DNA of 64,000 nucleotides from Polaromonas sp. (GCF_012927415.1 NZ_JABBPF010000015.1:20213-84212), one strand, 5' to 3'; numbered from the stretch's first letter, positions 8,850-17,582 are shown. Program-made: numbers and translations. Notes: generated by a model not told the origin, from the sequence alone.

Positions 8850-9914
8850 TCAGTCCCCGAAACCGTTGAGCGCGATCATGGCGGGCACTGCTTGTTGAAT
8901 CGCCTTGTTCAACAGATCGCCCGCTACAGCGAGATAGTTGTGGCCCGTATCCCGTATCAGGCCGGCCAACGCTAAACGCTCAAGGGCATTTCTAGCCGCA
9001 TCAGCGGCCACACCAGATTCCACAAGCATATTGATGACCGCCTGTTTGCCTGTCCGTTCCAAAAATCCAACGAATCCGAGCGCCTTGATGTCGATGAGAC
9101 CAAGATGTTTTGTACGGGCCGCCAGCAGGGCTTCCATTTCGCCGGGTTCGACAATTACTTGTTGAGGTGTAACCACGGCAGGGTCCAAGGGCAGCACTGG
9201 CACGATCCGCTCAGTCTTCATGTACGCCTGAACCAGAGGGTGTTCTCCCATAGGCATGTCATCGGGGCCCATGGCAGCGAGGTCAGAAAATCGAGTCTTC
9301 AGCGCCTCGACCAGAGGATTCAGTCCCATTTCTGCGGTGGTGCTGAAAGCCGTGAGCACCAATCCCCTGGATTGAGCCTCCTTCTTAAGACCAGTTGCAA
9401 GAGCGCCTTTTTCGAAAAATCCGACCTCGTCACGAGACACGAATAGCACCTCTGAGCCGCGTGGGAGTGTCAGCATGCTTTCCCAAATGAGGCAATCCTT
9501 ATATCCATGGTCCGATTTTGAAGTCGGGCGCCTATTCTCGATCGTGCGATCGGATGCAGCAACTTTTAGCTCAGGTGTCGTTGGAATGATATGGATGATG
9601 TCTTCGAGTTGCTCCAAGATCTCAAGAGCCTGGGCTTCCCCGAACTGAGATTTGGGAAGCAGCTCAAACAAGTCATAGCCACAAAGCGTCTTTAGTCTAT
9701 GCAGTTCTTTCACAGCCTTCGGGAGTACCTCGTCTCCGGAAAGCGTAAATTGCTTGATGTACTCCATGCGCAGGACTTCTGGCATCAGAAGTTTGGCTTT
9801 CTTGGCGCGCAGCATATCAATGAGTAGTGGCCCACCTTTCTTGCGAAAAAGGTGAGCATCGCGCGCCCCCACGTTCGTGTCACACAGGACGTAAAGTTGT
9901 CCGTTATCCGCCAT
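8850..9914 (-). CDS. PIN-like (DUF4935-type) nuclease-domain protein with a C-terminal winged-helix-like region
   Basis: Acidic-residue pattern VLCDTNV … MPEVLRMEY … KDCLIWES … FVSRDE. The C-terminus (GFLERTGKQAV…LERLALAGLIRDTG) looks wHTH-like. Confidence 0.6.
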   Translation of the reverse strand: MADNGQLYVLCDTNVGARDAHLFRKKGGPLLIDMLRAKKAKLLMPEVLRMEYIKQFTLSGDEVLPKAVKELHRLKTLCGYDLFELLPKSQFGEAQALEILEQLEDIIHIIPTTPELKVAASDRTIENRRPTSKSDHGYKDCLIWESMLTLPRGSEVLFVSRDEVGFFEKGALATGLKKEAQSRGLVLTAFSTTAEMGLNPLVEALKTRFSDLAAMGPDDMPMGEHPLVQAYMKTERIVPVLPLDPAVVTPQQVIVEPGEMEALLAARTKHLGLIDIKALGFVGFLERTGKQAVINMLVESGVAADAARNALERLALAGLIRDTGHNYLAVAGDLLNKAIQQAVPAMIALNGFGD

Positions 9915-9916
9915 AT

Positions 9917-10090
9917 CTATCCATTTGAAAGTCTAGATCGAATTGTAGGAGCGAACGATATATAACCAAACGCATCATCAGTAGCGTCAATCAGCGGTAA
10001 GTCCAACTGTCGACTAAAAGCGATCTTCGGCCCTTCGGAATTCAACGCATATAAGCGGTCGATCAAACGCCTGGAGTCGGGAGTGATCAT
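9917..10090 (-). CDS. possible 57-aa ORF immediately upstream of the PIN-like gene
   Basis: Own translation: MITPDSRRLIDRLYALNSEGPKIAFSRQLDLPLIDATDDAFGYISFAPTIRSRLSNG. The stop lies 2 nt before the PIN ATG. No clear RBS. Confidence 0.2.
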   Translation of the reverse strand: MITPDSRRLIDRLYALNSEGPKIAFSRQLDLPLIDATDDAFGYISFAPTIRSRLSNG

Positions 10091-10172
10091 GAGAAACTGG
10101 CCAAGTGATCGACCATGGCGCTAACAACGCGATTCGTCCGACTGTGGTGTTCTGCGGTGCTTCATGCTTCAA

Positions 10173-13100
10173 CTACACTGGGGTATACGGGCAGATTGTG
10201 GAGAAGTCGCAACGCGTGCAATGGTTGCCAACGGCTGGACTGTTGTTTCCGGTGGCGAAACGCAATGCGGCCTTGTATGACTTGGTCATCTCGATTGCCC
10301 TAGTACCGGGAATTGCGTCCGTCTTGTCCGAAAGCACATGGTGAAGTGAAATGGACGCAGGCCCGGGAAGGCTCAACCCCTGCAGCAACGGCTTCATGAT
10401 GGTCGTGTACTCACTGATGCCACGGCGAGAGAATCTTAGAATTGCATACTCGGTACCGCCGTCGATTCCCGGTATCCGAAAGCCCCAGGGCATCTGCAGC
10501 GTCAATCCGCCGATGACAGCCGACGCCTGCGCGAATGTGCCATCTCGCTTCTGCAGCGCGCGAACCTGAGACTTACCTCGTCTCAGCGCGAAAATCGCGT
10601 CCCTCCACAGGGAGGGATCTTCGAGCCGGGATGGCAACTTTCGGGCTATCCACTCATCTTCCAACGCGCTTTCTGGGGCGCTTTTGACCCTCGAGGAGAA
10701 CGCCTTGAGCGCATCCATCACCGCCCATCTGGCCCGCAGGGATGTGTCGATGTCAGATTCGCTCTGCAACTCCAAAACGCGGTTGTACCAGTACCGCAGC
10801 GAACAAGTCGCGTAGATGTAGAAATCCTCGAACGTAATTGCCGTCGGCTGCGCAAACGCCCCGCTCGAGACGCTCTTCGCCTTGGTTATTGTGGGGCCCG
10901 TGTACGTCTTGAGCTGGAACTTCTTGGGGTAGTGGTTTAGCTGAGGCGCAGTCGAGTTCCTGAACTTGGTGTCCTGGTAGAGGTAGAGGTGGCGCTTTGC
11001 TCTGGATACCGCGACGTAAAGCAAGTTGTTCCGTTCTACTGACGCCTCAAACTTATAGTCGTCCAGGCTGCTGCCAAGCACTTCCGGTGGGACGATGTCG
11101 AGAATTCCATCAGGGCTCCAACTCGGTGCTTGGCTTCCGTAGCTATCAGAGCTCACGAAGCCTACATGCACGGCCTCAAACTCTAGCCCCTTACTGCCAT
11201 GAACCGTCATAACTTGGACACCGTCGAGCACACCGGCTTCAGGGGGGAGTTCGCGCTGACCTTGGGAATCGCCAATTTTCTGGCGCAAGCGCTGGCGCAA
11301 GAGATACCGGGACAGTCGCGCCTCCTTCATTTCCCCATCACCGTTTCTCACGCTGTAGGCGAACTGCCAAAGAGCGATGCGGGTTACCCAAGCTCGGACG
11401 CTTGTGTCCGCGAAGGACGGGAGGCCGAGGTGCTGCTCCAGTAAGAGGTCGCAAATGAAGGTCCATGGATTAGAGCCATGCTGGAACTTTCCTATGAGCT
11501 TGCGGAGATTGGCCGTCACCTCAAGGCCGCGAGAGCTCATGCCAGACGGCGGGGAGTGAATCCATCGGCCTCGCTGGAAGGTCAAGTCGTTCTCGGCAGC
11601 GTTTAGGAGAACCTCCACGTCAGCCAGCGGCATGTTGAGGGCTGGAATGCCCGATAGGCCAATTAAGGCCTTTGGGCGACGCTCAACGAGAAGCTGAATG
11701 AGGCAGAGCAAGTGCTTCACCTCAGCCCGGGCGGTCAGGTCACCGATGTAGATAATGGGAATGCCCGCATGCTCAAGTAGTTCTGCGGCCCGCTCTACAT
11801 CGCTAGTCTTGCGGCAGAGGATGGCCTGGTGACCAAACGGCACCCCACTGGCCTGTAGTTCGCGAATGCGTTCGGAGACCGCTCCGAGAATTGCATCGCT
11901 CTCGCTGCTGCTGACAACGACGGGCATTACGCCCGATGCTCCATTGGTTGCGAAGACCTCATCCAGCTTCAAAGAACTTTGCAGAACATGCTCGCGGCCA
12001 ATCTGTTGAGTGAGGTCGACGACCTCTTGCGAGCTTCTTCTGTTGTACGTTAAAGGGTAGCGCTGGATTGCGGTCCCACCAGCGTGGGCCTTGAATTCGG
12101 TTTCAAACTTCAGTAGGCTTTTTAGCGAAGCACCCCGCCAGTGGTGGATGGCCTGCCGAACATCTCCAACTACCCAGATGTGCTTCTTGTAAGCCAACTG
12201 GCGTAGCAACTCGACCATGGCCCGCGTGACGTCCTGGTACTCGTCCACCAGAACGTACTCGAATCGATCGACTAGTTCTGCGAATGGCGTTCGGTCTTCT
12301 CGGAGGGCATATGCAGGCTTCGAGATGAGGTCTACGAAGTCAACAGTCTGGCGTTCCTTGAGCAGCGTCTCGTACAGTTCGAAAAGTGTGGCCACATCAA
12401 GGCGTTTCTGCTGAAGCTCCTCATCCTCGACCTTGTTCTCTTTAACGAAATACCTGTAGGCCGCTGGGGTAACTAACTCCTCTTTGAGTCGCGTGATTCC
12501 GCTGACAACAGGGCCAAGCCAGTCATATGGGTCTTCCACGCGCAAGAAGTGGGTGAGTTCCACTTGAGGTAAAGCCTTGACCATGGTGGTCATTGAGTTA
12601 ATAAAGTCTGAAACGTGAAGGTTTGAGTCAAAACTGAAATGCTGGTGATACTTTCTCAGGAACTCCAGCCCAAACGAATGGAAGGTGCCTGCCCAAATCG
12701 CGGAGGCATCCGTAATCCCCGCGTTACGCAGTCGCTCAACTAATTCGAACGCCGCCTTGTTGGTAAACGTGAGAACCAGAATCTGGCTCGGATGGACCTG
12801 CTTCTCTTCCACCAGGTACTTCACTCGGTGGATGAGAGTCGTCGTCTTACCAGTGCCTGGCCCGGCCACCACGTTAGCGGCTCGCTCTGGGGCCCTCGCT
12901 GCGGCGAGCTGGTCGGGACTCGGTTCGCTTAGTGGACTCGCCGTAACCGTCGCTTCAGGAAGCAGCAGCCCGTCGAGCATCTGCTGCCGGACGAACTCCA
13001 ATGGGATGCCCAGTTCCGTAGCAGTCTCTGCAGGCCCCTTACCGGCCATAGCAAATTGACGGGCGACATCTCGCGGTAGTAACAACTCGCGCGCGAACAA

Positions 13101-13505
13101 ATTTGCTTGGAGCTCCTGCCTCTCCCGTGCCCCGTAGGCTTCAACTTTGAGAACAGCTGGACTGCCAGCGCTGCCTAGCAGTGTTTTCAGGTAGGCAACG
13201 GTAGTTGCCGGCTTTGCTGCGTCAAGAAAGTAGTGCCCGAGTTCGTGTGCGACAAGGCCACAAAACTCAGCACTCCACGCATCAACTTCCGAGCTCACGT
13301 AAATGAACATTTGCTCCCGCTGGAGTACGGCAGTTCCACCGCCTAAGTCGGCGTAAGACGGCGGTACTTGCTCAATCGCAATGTTCAGGACGGATTCGAC
13401 TTTGTGTAAGAGGTCCTTTGCCGTAACGGCGGCGTGCGCAAGCGAGGGCTCCAGGTTGGCTCTGGTTGCATGGGCTTCATTTCGAGCGCGCTGGAACGGG
13501 TTCAT
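10173..13505 (-). CDS. fusion protein: ImmA/IrrE (M78) metallopeptidase + UvrD/PcrA-type SF1 helicase + C-terminal Cas4/AddB-like Cys4 nuclease-fold domain
   Basis: Peptidase motifs: AHELGHYF and ANLFARELLLP. Helicase motifs: AGPGTGKTT, VLVDEYQD, GDVRQAIHHWRGA, TVHGSKGLEFEAVHV, YVAVSRAKRHLYL. C-terminal cysteines: YATCSLRYWY … CTRCDFSTIC (C…CX2CX5C). Confidence 0.8.
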   Translation of the reverse strand: MNPFQRARNEAHATRANLEPSLAHAAVTAKDLLHKVESVLNIAIEQVPPSYADLGGGTAVLQREQMFIYVSSEVDAWSAEFCGLVAHELGHYFLDAAKPATTVAYLKTLLGSAGSPAVLKVEAYGARERQELQANLFARELLLPRDVARQFAMAGKGPAETATELGIPLEFVRQQMLDGLLLPEATVTASPLSEPSPDQLAAARAPERAANVVAGPGTGKTTTLIHRVKYLVEEKQVHPSQILVLTFTNKAAFELVERLRNAGITDASAIWAGTFHSFGLEFLRKYHQHFSFDSNLHVSDFINSMTTMVKALPQVELTHFLRVEDPYDWLGPVVSGITRLKEELVTPAAYRYFVKENKVEDEELQQKRLDVATLFELYETLLKERQTVDFVDLISKPAYALREDRTPFAELVDRFEYVLVDEYQDVTRAMVELLRQLAYKKHIWVVGDVRQAIHHWRGASLKSLLKFETEFKAHAGGTAIQRYPLTYNRRSSQEVVDLTQQIGREHVLQSSLKLDEVFATNGASGVMPVVVSSSESDAILGAVSERIRELQASGVPFGHQAILCRKTSDVERAAELLEHAGIPIIYIGDLTARAEVKHLLCLIQLLVERRPKALIGLSGIPALNMPLADVEVLLNAAENDLTFQRGRWIHSPPSGMSSRGLEVTANLRKLIGKFQHGSNPWTFICDLLLEQHLGLPSFADTSVRAWVTRIALWQFAYSVRNGDGEMKEARLSRYLLRQRLRQKIGDSQGQRELPPEAGVLDGVQVMTVHGSKGLEFEAVHVGFVSSDSYGSQAPSWSPDGILDIVPPEVLGSSLDDYKFEASVERNNLLYVAVSRAKRHLYLYQDTKFRNSTAPQLNHYPKKFQLKTYTGPTITKAKSVSSGAFAQPTAITFEDFYIYATCSLRYWYNRVLELQSESDIDTSLRARWAVMDALKAFSSRVKSAPESALEDEWIARKLPSRLEDPSLWRDAIFALRRGKSQVRALQKRDGTFAQASAVIGGLTLQMPWGFRIPGIDGGTEYAILRFSRRGISEYTTIMKPLLQGLSLPGPASISLHHVLSDKTDAIPGTRAIEMTKSYKAALRFATGNNSPAVGNHCTRCDFSTICPYTPV

Positions 13506-13511
13506 TGCGTC

Positions 13512-14516
13512 TCAGACTCCGAAGTCAAGAAGAGCCTTGGCGTCATCAGCAGGCAGATTTAGCGACTTCACTGCGGCGGTCCAAGTTGTGGGTGCTGTCG
13601 AGAGCATTGGCTTTCCAGCTTTCGCCTTAAACGCAGGCACCAATCTGCGGTCAAAACTGCCTCGGAATAATGTCGACAGCAGAGACTCAGGAGCCTCAAA
13701 GGCCCCCGCAAGTCTGGAGAGCAACTTCCTCGGAGCTCGTACATTTCCGACAAGGATGCTCGAGACAAGAGGGGTGGCAACAGGCTGAAGTTCAAGCTTC
13801 GAAACCAGATTGCGTATCGCGGCGCCCTTGCAACTGGAGACCCTTGGCTCGAGAGCGGCCAGCAGCTTCTGCATAGCAAGTCCGTGGGCTGCGCATAGCA
13901 CGGCTAGCTCGGAGACTGACTTCTCATACTCCTTGGCAGTTGACCGGAAGCGAACAGCATGGCCTGGGTCCAAACGAATCATTACCTGCTCAGTATTCGA
14001 ATCGTGCCACTCATGTAGTTCTTGACGAAGCGTTTCGAATAGCGAAGTCGAGCTCGCATAGAGCGACCTTGCAACGAAGTCTTCAAATCCAAAAACAACG
14101 AATCGTCGGCACACATCTGCAAAGCTCGTCGCTTCTGAGGACGCTATCGAATTGAGATGCTTCTTGAGGCTCAAAGGCAATGTAGCCCCGAGAGTCTGCT
14201 GCCTTGTCTTGGACAAAGAGCGCTCGGACGAGGGAGGATTGGTTTCGCTGGCGTTCATTCGAACAGTTGCTCTTAGCTCGGCGGTGGACGTGAGAAAGGA
14301 GGCAAGGTCAACGAGCGCCTGCCGAATCGCTTCGTTGGGAGAAGTGGCCGACACCTGACGCTTCCCAACGCCAGCAATTTCGTAGGAGACAGCTACACCT
14401 CCTTCAGCCTGTGGCTCCAGTTGGGCCGTTCGAAGAATGTTAGAGAATGTGTCTGGGAGCCGAGACAAGAGCACTTGCCCTTGATCAAGGGCAACCGGGT
14501 CGAGTGTGGTTTGCAT
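13512..14516 (-). CDS. hypothetical protein, translationally coupled to the peptidase-helicase fusion
   Basis: ORF runs 13512-14579. The start was preferred at ATG 14516 (GGAAGG RBS), which leaves an 89-bp divergent intergenic region. Its stop is 6 nt before the next ATG. Confidence 0.5.
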   Translation of the reverse strand: MQTTLDPVALDQGQVLLSRLPDTFSNILRTAQLEPQAEGGVAVSYEIAGVGKRQVSATSPNEAIRQALVDLASFLTSTAELRATVRMNASETNPPSSERSLSKTRQQTLGATLPLSLKKHLNSIASSEATSFADVCRRFVVFGFEDFVARSLYASSTSLFETLRQELHEWHDSNTEQVMIRLDPGHAVRFRSTAKEYEKSVSELAVLCAAHGLAMQKLLAALEPRVSSCKGAAIRNLVSKLELQPVATPLVSSILVGNVRAPRKLLSRLAGAFEAPESLLSTLFRGSFDRRLVPAFKAKAGKPMLSTAPTTWTAAVKSLNLPADDAKALLDFGV

Positions 14517-14605
14517 TTGCGCCTTCCATGACTGCGGGGCGTACGCGAGCCCCTTAACACTAGTATAGACAAATATCAAGAATGTATCAATCCCGCGGAG
14601 ATTTT

Positions 14606-15640
14606 ATGACTGCACCGAAGCTGGCAGCGGCCATCAGGGCCGCTGCCACAGCTTGGGAAAAGGCTACCACCTTTGACCAACGAACATACGCCCTGGCTTG
14701 CCCCGGTGAGCTCGCTGACATCCTGGGCAAGGCTGTCGAGGAAGCTCTGGAAAGCGCGGGCGAGGACCCGATGGCGATTCGTCAGGAAGTCATCGCGGCG
14801 CCCTTCGTTCTGCTTGCCGGAGTGTTCGAACCCGGTGAATTGCCTGAAACGCCAGAATGGTTCACTCCGGTTCCGGACGCTGGTGGCACTCAAATGGGAC
14901 GTGCTGCGGCGACTGCTGCGCATGGATTCCTTGGCATGGAGACCGTGTCATATGGGTCAGAGAATAGCGGTGAATTGTTCGTCAGCCTGACGGCGATTCC
15001 GGGCAAGGGTAAGTATGCGCGCAAGTCGCAGGGAGGGCTGCGCGGGCACACGGATGCGGTGAGCTTTCCGTTCAACGGGGAAACAGACGCTTCAAACTCG
15101 CGAATCGCACCTTCGCCGGACCTGGTGACTTTGGTCGGGCTGCGAAATCCGAGGGCCGTGCCGACGACGGTGATGGTGCTCGACGAGGCCTTAGACAAGC
15201 TGTCGCCTGAGGACGTCCACGAATTGAAGCAGGGGCAGTTTTCCATCGGGTCGCAAACCACTTTCCTAGAAGGTATGAGCGACATCCTGGGGGATGTGCA
15301 CACGGCCATTGATGAGCCGGTCCTCAAGGACGCGGCCTTCGGCACAATTGTTCGTTTCAGCCACTCCAATGTTTTCTCGACTGAGTCTGGCGGGGCGGCA
15401 GAGACGGCTGCTGAGAATTTTGCGAAGGCCTGCGGCGAAGTCGCCAAGCCCGTGGCTATCGAGCCCGGTGACGTCCTGCTCGTCAGCAATCGGCGTTGCC
15501 TGCACGGTCGCGGCGAGGTGGGTGACGATATCGGCGGGCATTCTAGATGGCTGCTGCGGACCTACGCGTTGGATACGTCGGAGCTGGATGACAGCCGGCG
15601 ACACCTCGGAGATCAGCCTCCTCACGTGCTTTTCCCTTAA
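14606..15640 (+). CDS. Fe(II)/2-oxoglutarate-dependent oxygenase, clavaminate-synthase/TauD-like
   Basis: HxD (LRGHTDAVS), distal His and Arg (NRRCLHGRGE … SRWLLRTY). The start was preferred at ATG 14606 (GGAG RBS); the ORF track starts at 14582. Confidence 0.6.
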   Translation: MTAPKLAAAIRAAATAWEKATTFDQRTYALACPGELADILGKAVEEALESAGEDPMAIRQEVIAAPFVLLAGVFEPGELPETPEWFTPVPDAGGTQMGRAAATAAHGFLGMETVSYGSENSGELFVSLTAIPGKGKYARKSQGGLRGHTDAVSFPFNGETDASNSRIAPSPDLVTLVGLRNPRAVPTTVMVLDEALDKLSPEDVHELKQGQFSIGSQTTFLEGMSDILGDVHTAIDEPVLKDAAFGTIVRFSHSNVFSTESGGAAETAAENFAKACGEVAKPVAIEPGDVLLVSNRRCLHGRGEVGDDIGGHSRWLLRTYALDTSELDDSRRHLGDQPPHVLFP

Positions 15641-15875
15641 CTGGACGCGTTAATGATGCATCTGTACGGCCACGGCTTCCGTTTTTCTTGAACTCGCTGG
15701 TTTTGGTTTGCAGAGCCTCAAGCTCGGCATTGAGGCGGTCAAATGCTGACGCGGCATCTTTGCGGGCATGGTCGAGATTGTCAATTTCATGGGACAGGGC
15801 GCCGACTCTTTCGGCACCGTCGGTTACTACGCTGAGTTTTAGCTTTACGTCTCGGCTGTTGCGGCTAGCGGTCAT
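15543..15875 (-). CDS. hypothetical coiled-coil protein
   Basis: 110-aa ORF starting 2 nt after the stop of the 270-aa gene. Its 3' end overlaps the convergent oxygenase gene by ~98 nt, and the tail looks non-native. Confidence 0.4.
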   Translation of the reverse strand: MTASRNSRDVKLKLSVVTDGAERVGALSHEIDNLDHARKDAASAFDRLNAELEALQTKTSEFKKNGSRGRTDASLTRPVKGKAREEADLRGVAGCHPAPTYPTRRSAAAI

Positions 15876-15877
15876 GC

Positions 15878-16690
15878 TTACCCCGCATCCTGTTCAGCCA
15901 CGGCCGCTTCGGCACACGCCAGTTGGCGCACCATGATGTTTACGTCAGGCTCGTCGAATTGTCGGCCGCACGCATCGGCGGTAGTTTGGTGGTGGTGCCA
16001 GGCAGACGCAAATTCGTGCGATGCCAGGTGCAGCGCTCGCCCTGTAAGGTCGGCTGCAGCTTCTGCTTGCTCATGCTTTGCATCAGCGAGCTTTAACGCG
16101 CATTCGGCAAGGGCTTCCTGCGCATCCAGCAGTTCAGCCGCAGCTGCCTCTTGCGCCAGGGTCAGCGCGTCCAGTCGGTCACGGCTGACAGACGGCAGCG
16201 TGCCCGCCTTGCCAGCCTTTATCTGCGATAGCACTGCACTGGCCGCATCACTTTTAGCCCTGTCGAGCGCCAGCGCTTCCGTGGCCACCAGAATTTCGAT
16301 TTCGGCATGTATTGATTGGGCGATGCCTACGGCGTTTTGGGCAGCGTCGGCCAGCGGTGCCAATTCTGCAATTGCTGTTTGTGCCTGTGATGCTCGGACA
16401 TCTGCGTTCAACATGCGGTTGAGGTGGTCGATGTCACGGGTGACGCAAGCTATTTCCCGCTCGGCGTCGATACGGTGCTGCCGGGCCTGTTGCTGCTCGG
16501 AGTTCAGCGCTAACAGCTGCCGCTCTGCAGCGCCCAATGCTTGAATCGGATAATTTACTGCCTTAAAAGTATCAACTTGGGCAGCGGTGCGGCCTTCACG
16601 CTTAATGCTTCCGGGCAGGTCCAAGTGCTTGATCTGTTGTTGGAGAGTGACGATTTCTGCCTGGATAGTTGGGTGCTGTGAATTTTTCAT
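15878..16690 (-). CDS. hypothetical Ala/Gln-rich coiled-coil protein
   Basis: 270-aa ORF with an AAGGA RBS. Heptad-like A/Q/E/L-rich sequence throughout. Confidence 0.55.
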   Translation of the reverse strand: MKNSQHPTIQAEIVTLQQQIKHLDLPGSIKREGRTAAQVDTFKAVNYPIQALGAAERQLLALNSEQQQARQHRIDAEREIACVTRDIDHLNRMLNADVRASQAQTAIAELAPLADAAQNAVGIAQSIHAEIEILVATEALALDRAKSDAASAVLSQIKAGKAGTLPSVSRDRLDALTLAQEAAAAELLDAQEALAECALKLADAKHEQAEAAADLTGRALHLASHEFASAWHHHQTTADACGRQFDEPDVNIMVRQLACAEAAVAEQDAG

Positions 16691-16705
16691 GGGTGAAATC
16701 CTTAA

Positions 16706-16927
16706 TTAGAAAAGGTCGCGTGAATCGGCAGCTGATCCAGAGCTTAGCCAAGCCTGAAGCTCTGATATTCGAATGAACGTCAAATTCCCTATGTGGATTG
16801 ACCGAAAGGGAATCTGGCCCGTGGACAGGGCTGCTCGAAAGCTTTCGGCAGTGAGGCCAGCCATGCGGGCGGCAGCAGCCAGGCGAAGTAGCCCGCTGGC
16901 TGGAATTTGAGAGTGATCGATTTGCAT
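16706..16927 (-). CDS. AlpA/excisionase-family HTH DNA-binding protein
   Basis: 73 aa. LLRLAAAARMAGLTAESFRAAL…IPF…FIRISELQAWL resembles the HTH_17/AlpA pattern. Confidence 0.55.
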   Translation of the reverse strand: MQIDHSQIPASGLLRLAAAARMAGLTAESFRAALSTGQIPFRSIHIGNLTFIRISELQAWLSSGSAADSRDLF

Positions 16928-17236
16928 ATCCAGATAATGAGGCCGACTAGTGATTCAATGACTGCGGCACAATTTCGCCTCCTTCAAAGCAGATACGGGT
17001 GCTTAGGCTGACTTCACCTTCAATGCGCACAGTTACTACCCTATGTGACCCGGTATGGGGCAGGGTTGCGCGCTGTACGGAACCGAAAAAATGTAAGGTC
17101 TGAACTAATCAGGTTTGAGATTTTTGAAACTTGCGATGGTTGCGCCTCTTTGCCCCCGCATGCTCGTTCCGAGCCCCTAGGGTCCCCGTCGGCTTTGCAA
17201 CCCGCAGGAAAACACAAAAGCGGACGCACGACTTGG

Positions 17237-17521
17237 TCAGCGTGGGTGTGCGGCCAGCGTGAGCATGTGCTGGCTGGGTCGTGTACGTGATAAGGTCAGC
17301 ATCCATGCACCAGCATGGGCGTGGCTACTCCGGGATATCTCGGTACAGCGGAGTGGGGGGGGCGCTGGTGAGCGATTGGCACGTCCTGCTCGATCCTTCC
17401 GCATCAGGCGTTGCCACAAGCGCTGGAGTTCGTCAACGGGCAGGTGGGTCCAGAGCGTGGGTGTGGTCACCCGGGTAATGCCGAACCGTTTGTAGAACTC
17501 TGCGCGTTCTTCTTCATTCAT
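17237..17521 (-). CDS. small hypothetical protein
   Basis: 94-aa ORF with AGGAG 6 nt upstream of the ATG. The C-terminal half is low-complexity. Confidence 0.4.
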   Translation of the reverse strand: MNEEERAEFYKRFGITRVTTPTLWTHLPVDELQRLWQRLMRKDRAGRANRSPAPPPLRCTEISRSSHAHAGAWMLTLSRTRPSQHMLTLAAHPR

Positions 17522-17582
17522 GATCGACTCCTAGTTGTGCAGCACCAGGCCTGCTGGCCTTGGCATCCAATATAGCGGCGGG

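Noticed and set aside
15933-16544. 203-aa Ala/Ser/Cys-rich plus-strand ORF
   Set aside because: Mirror frame of the Ala/Gln-rich coiled-coil gene on the minus strand, which has an RBS and operon context. The composition is an artefact of GCN/CAG repeats.
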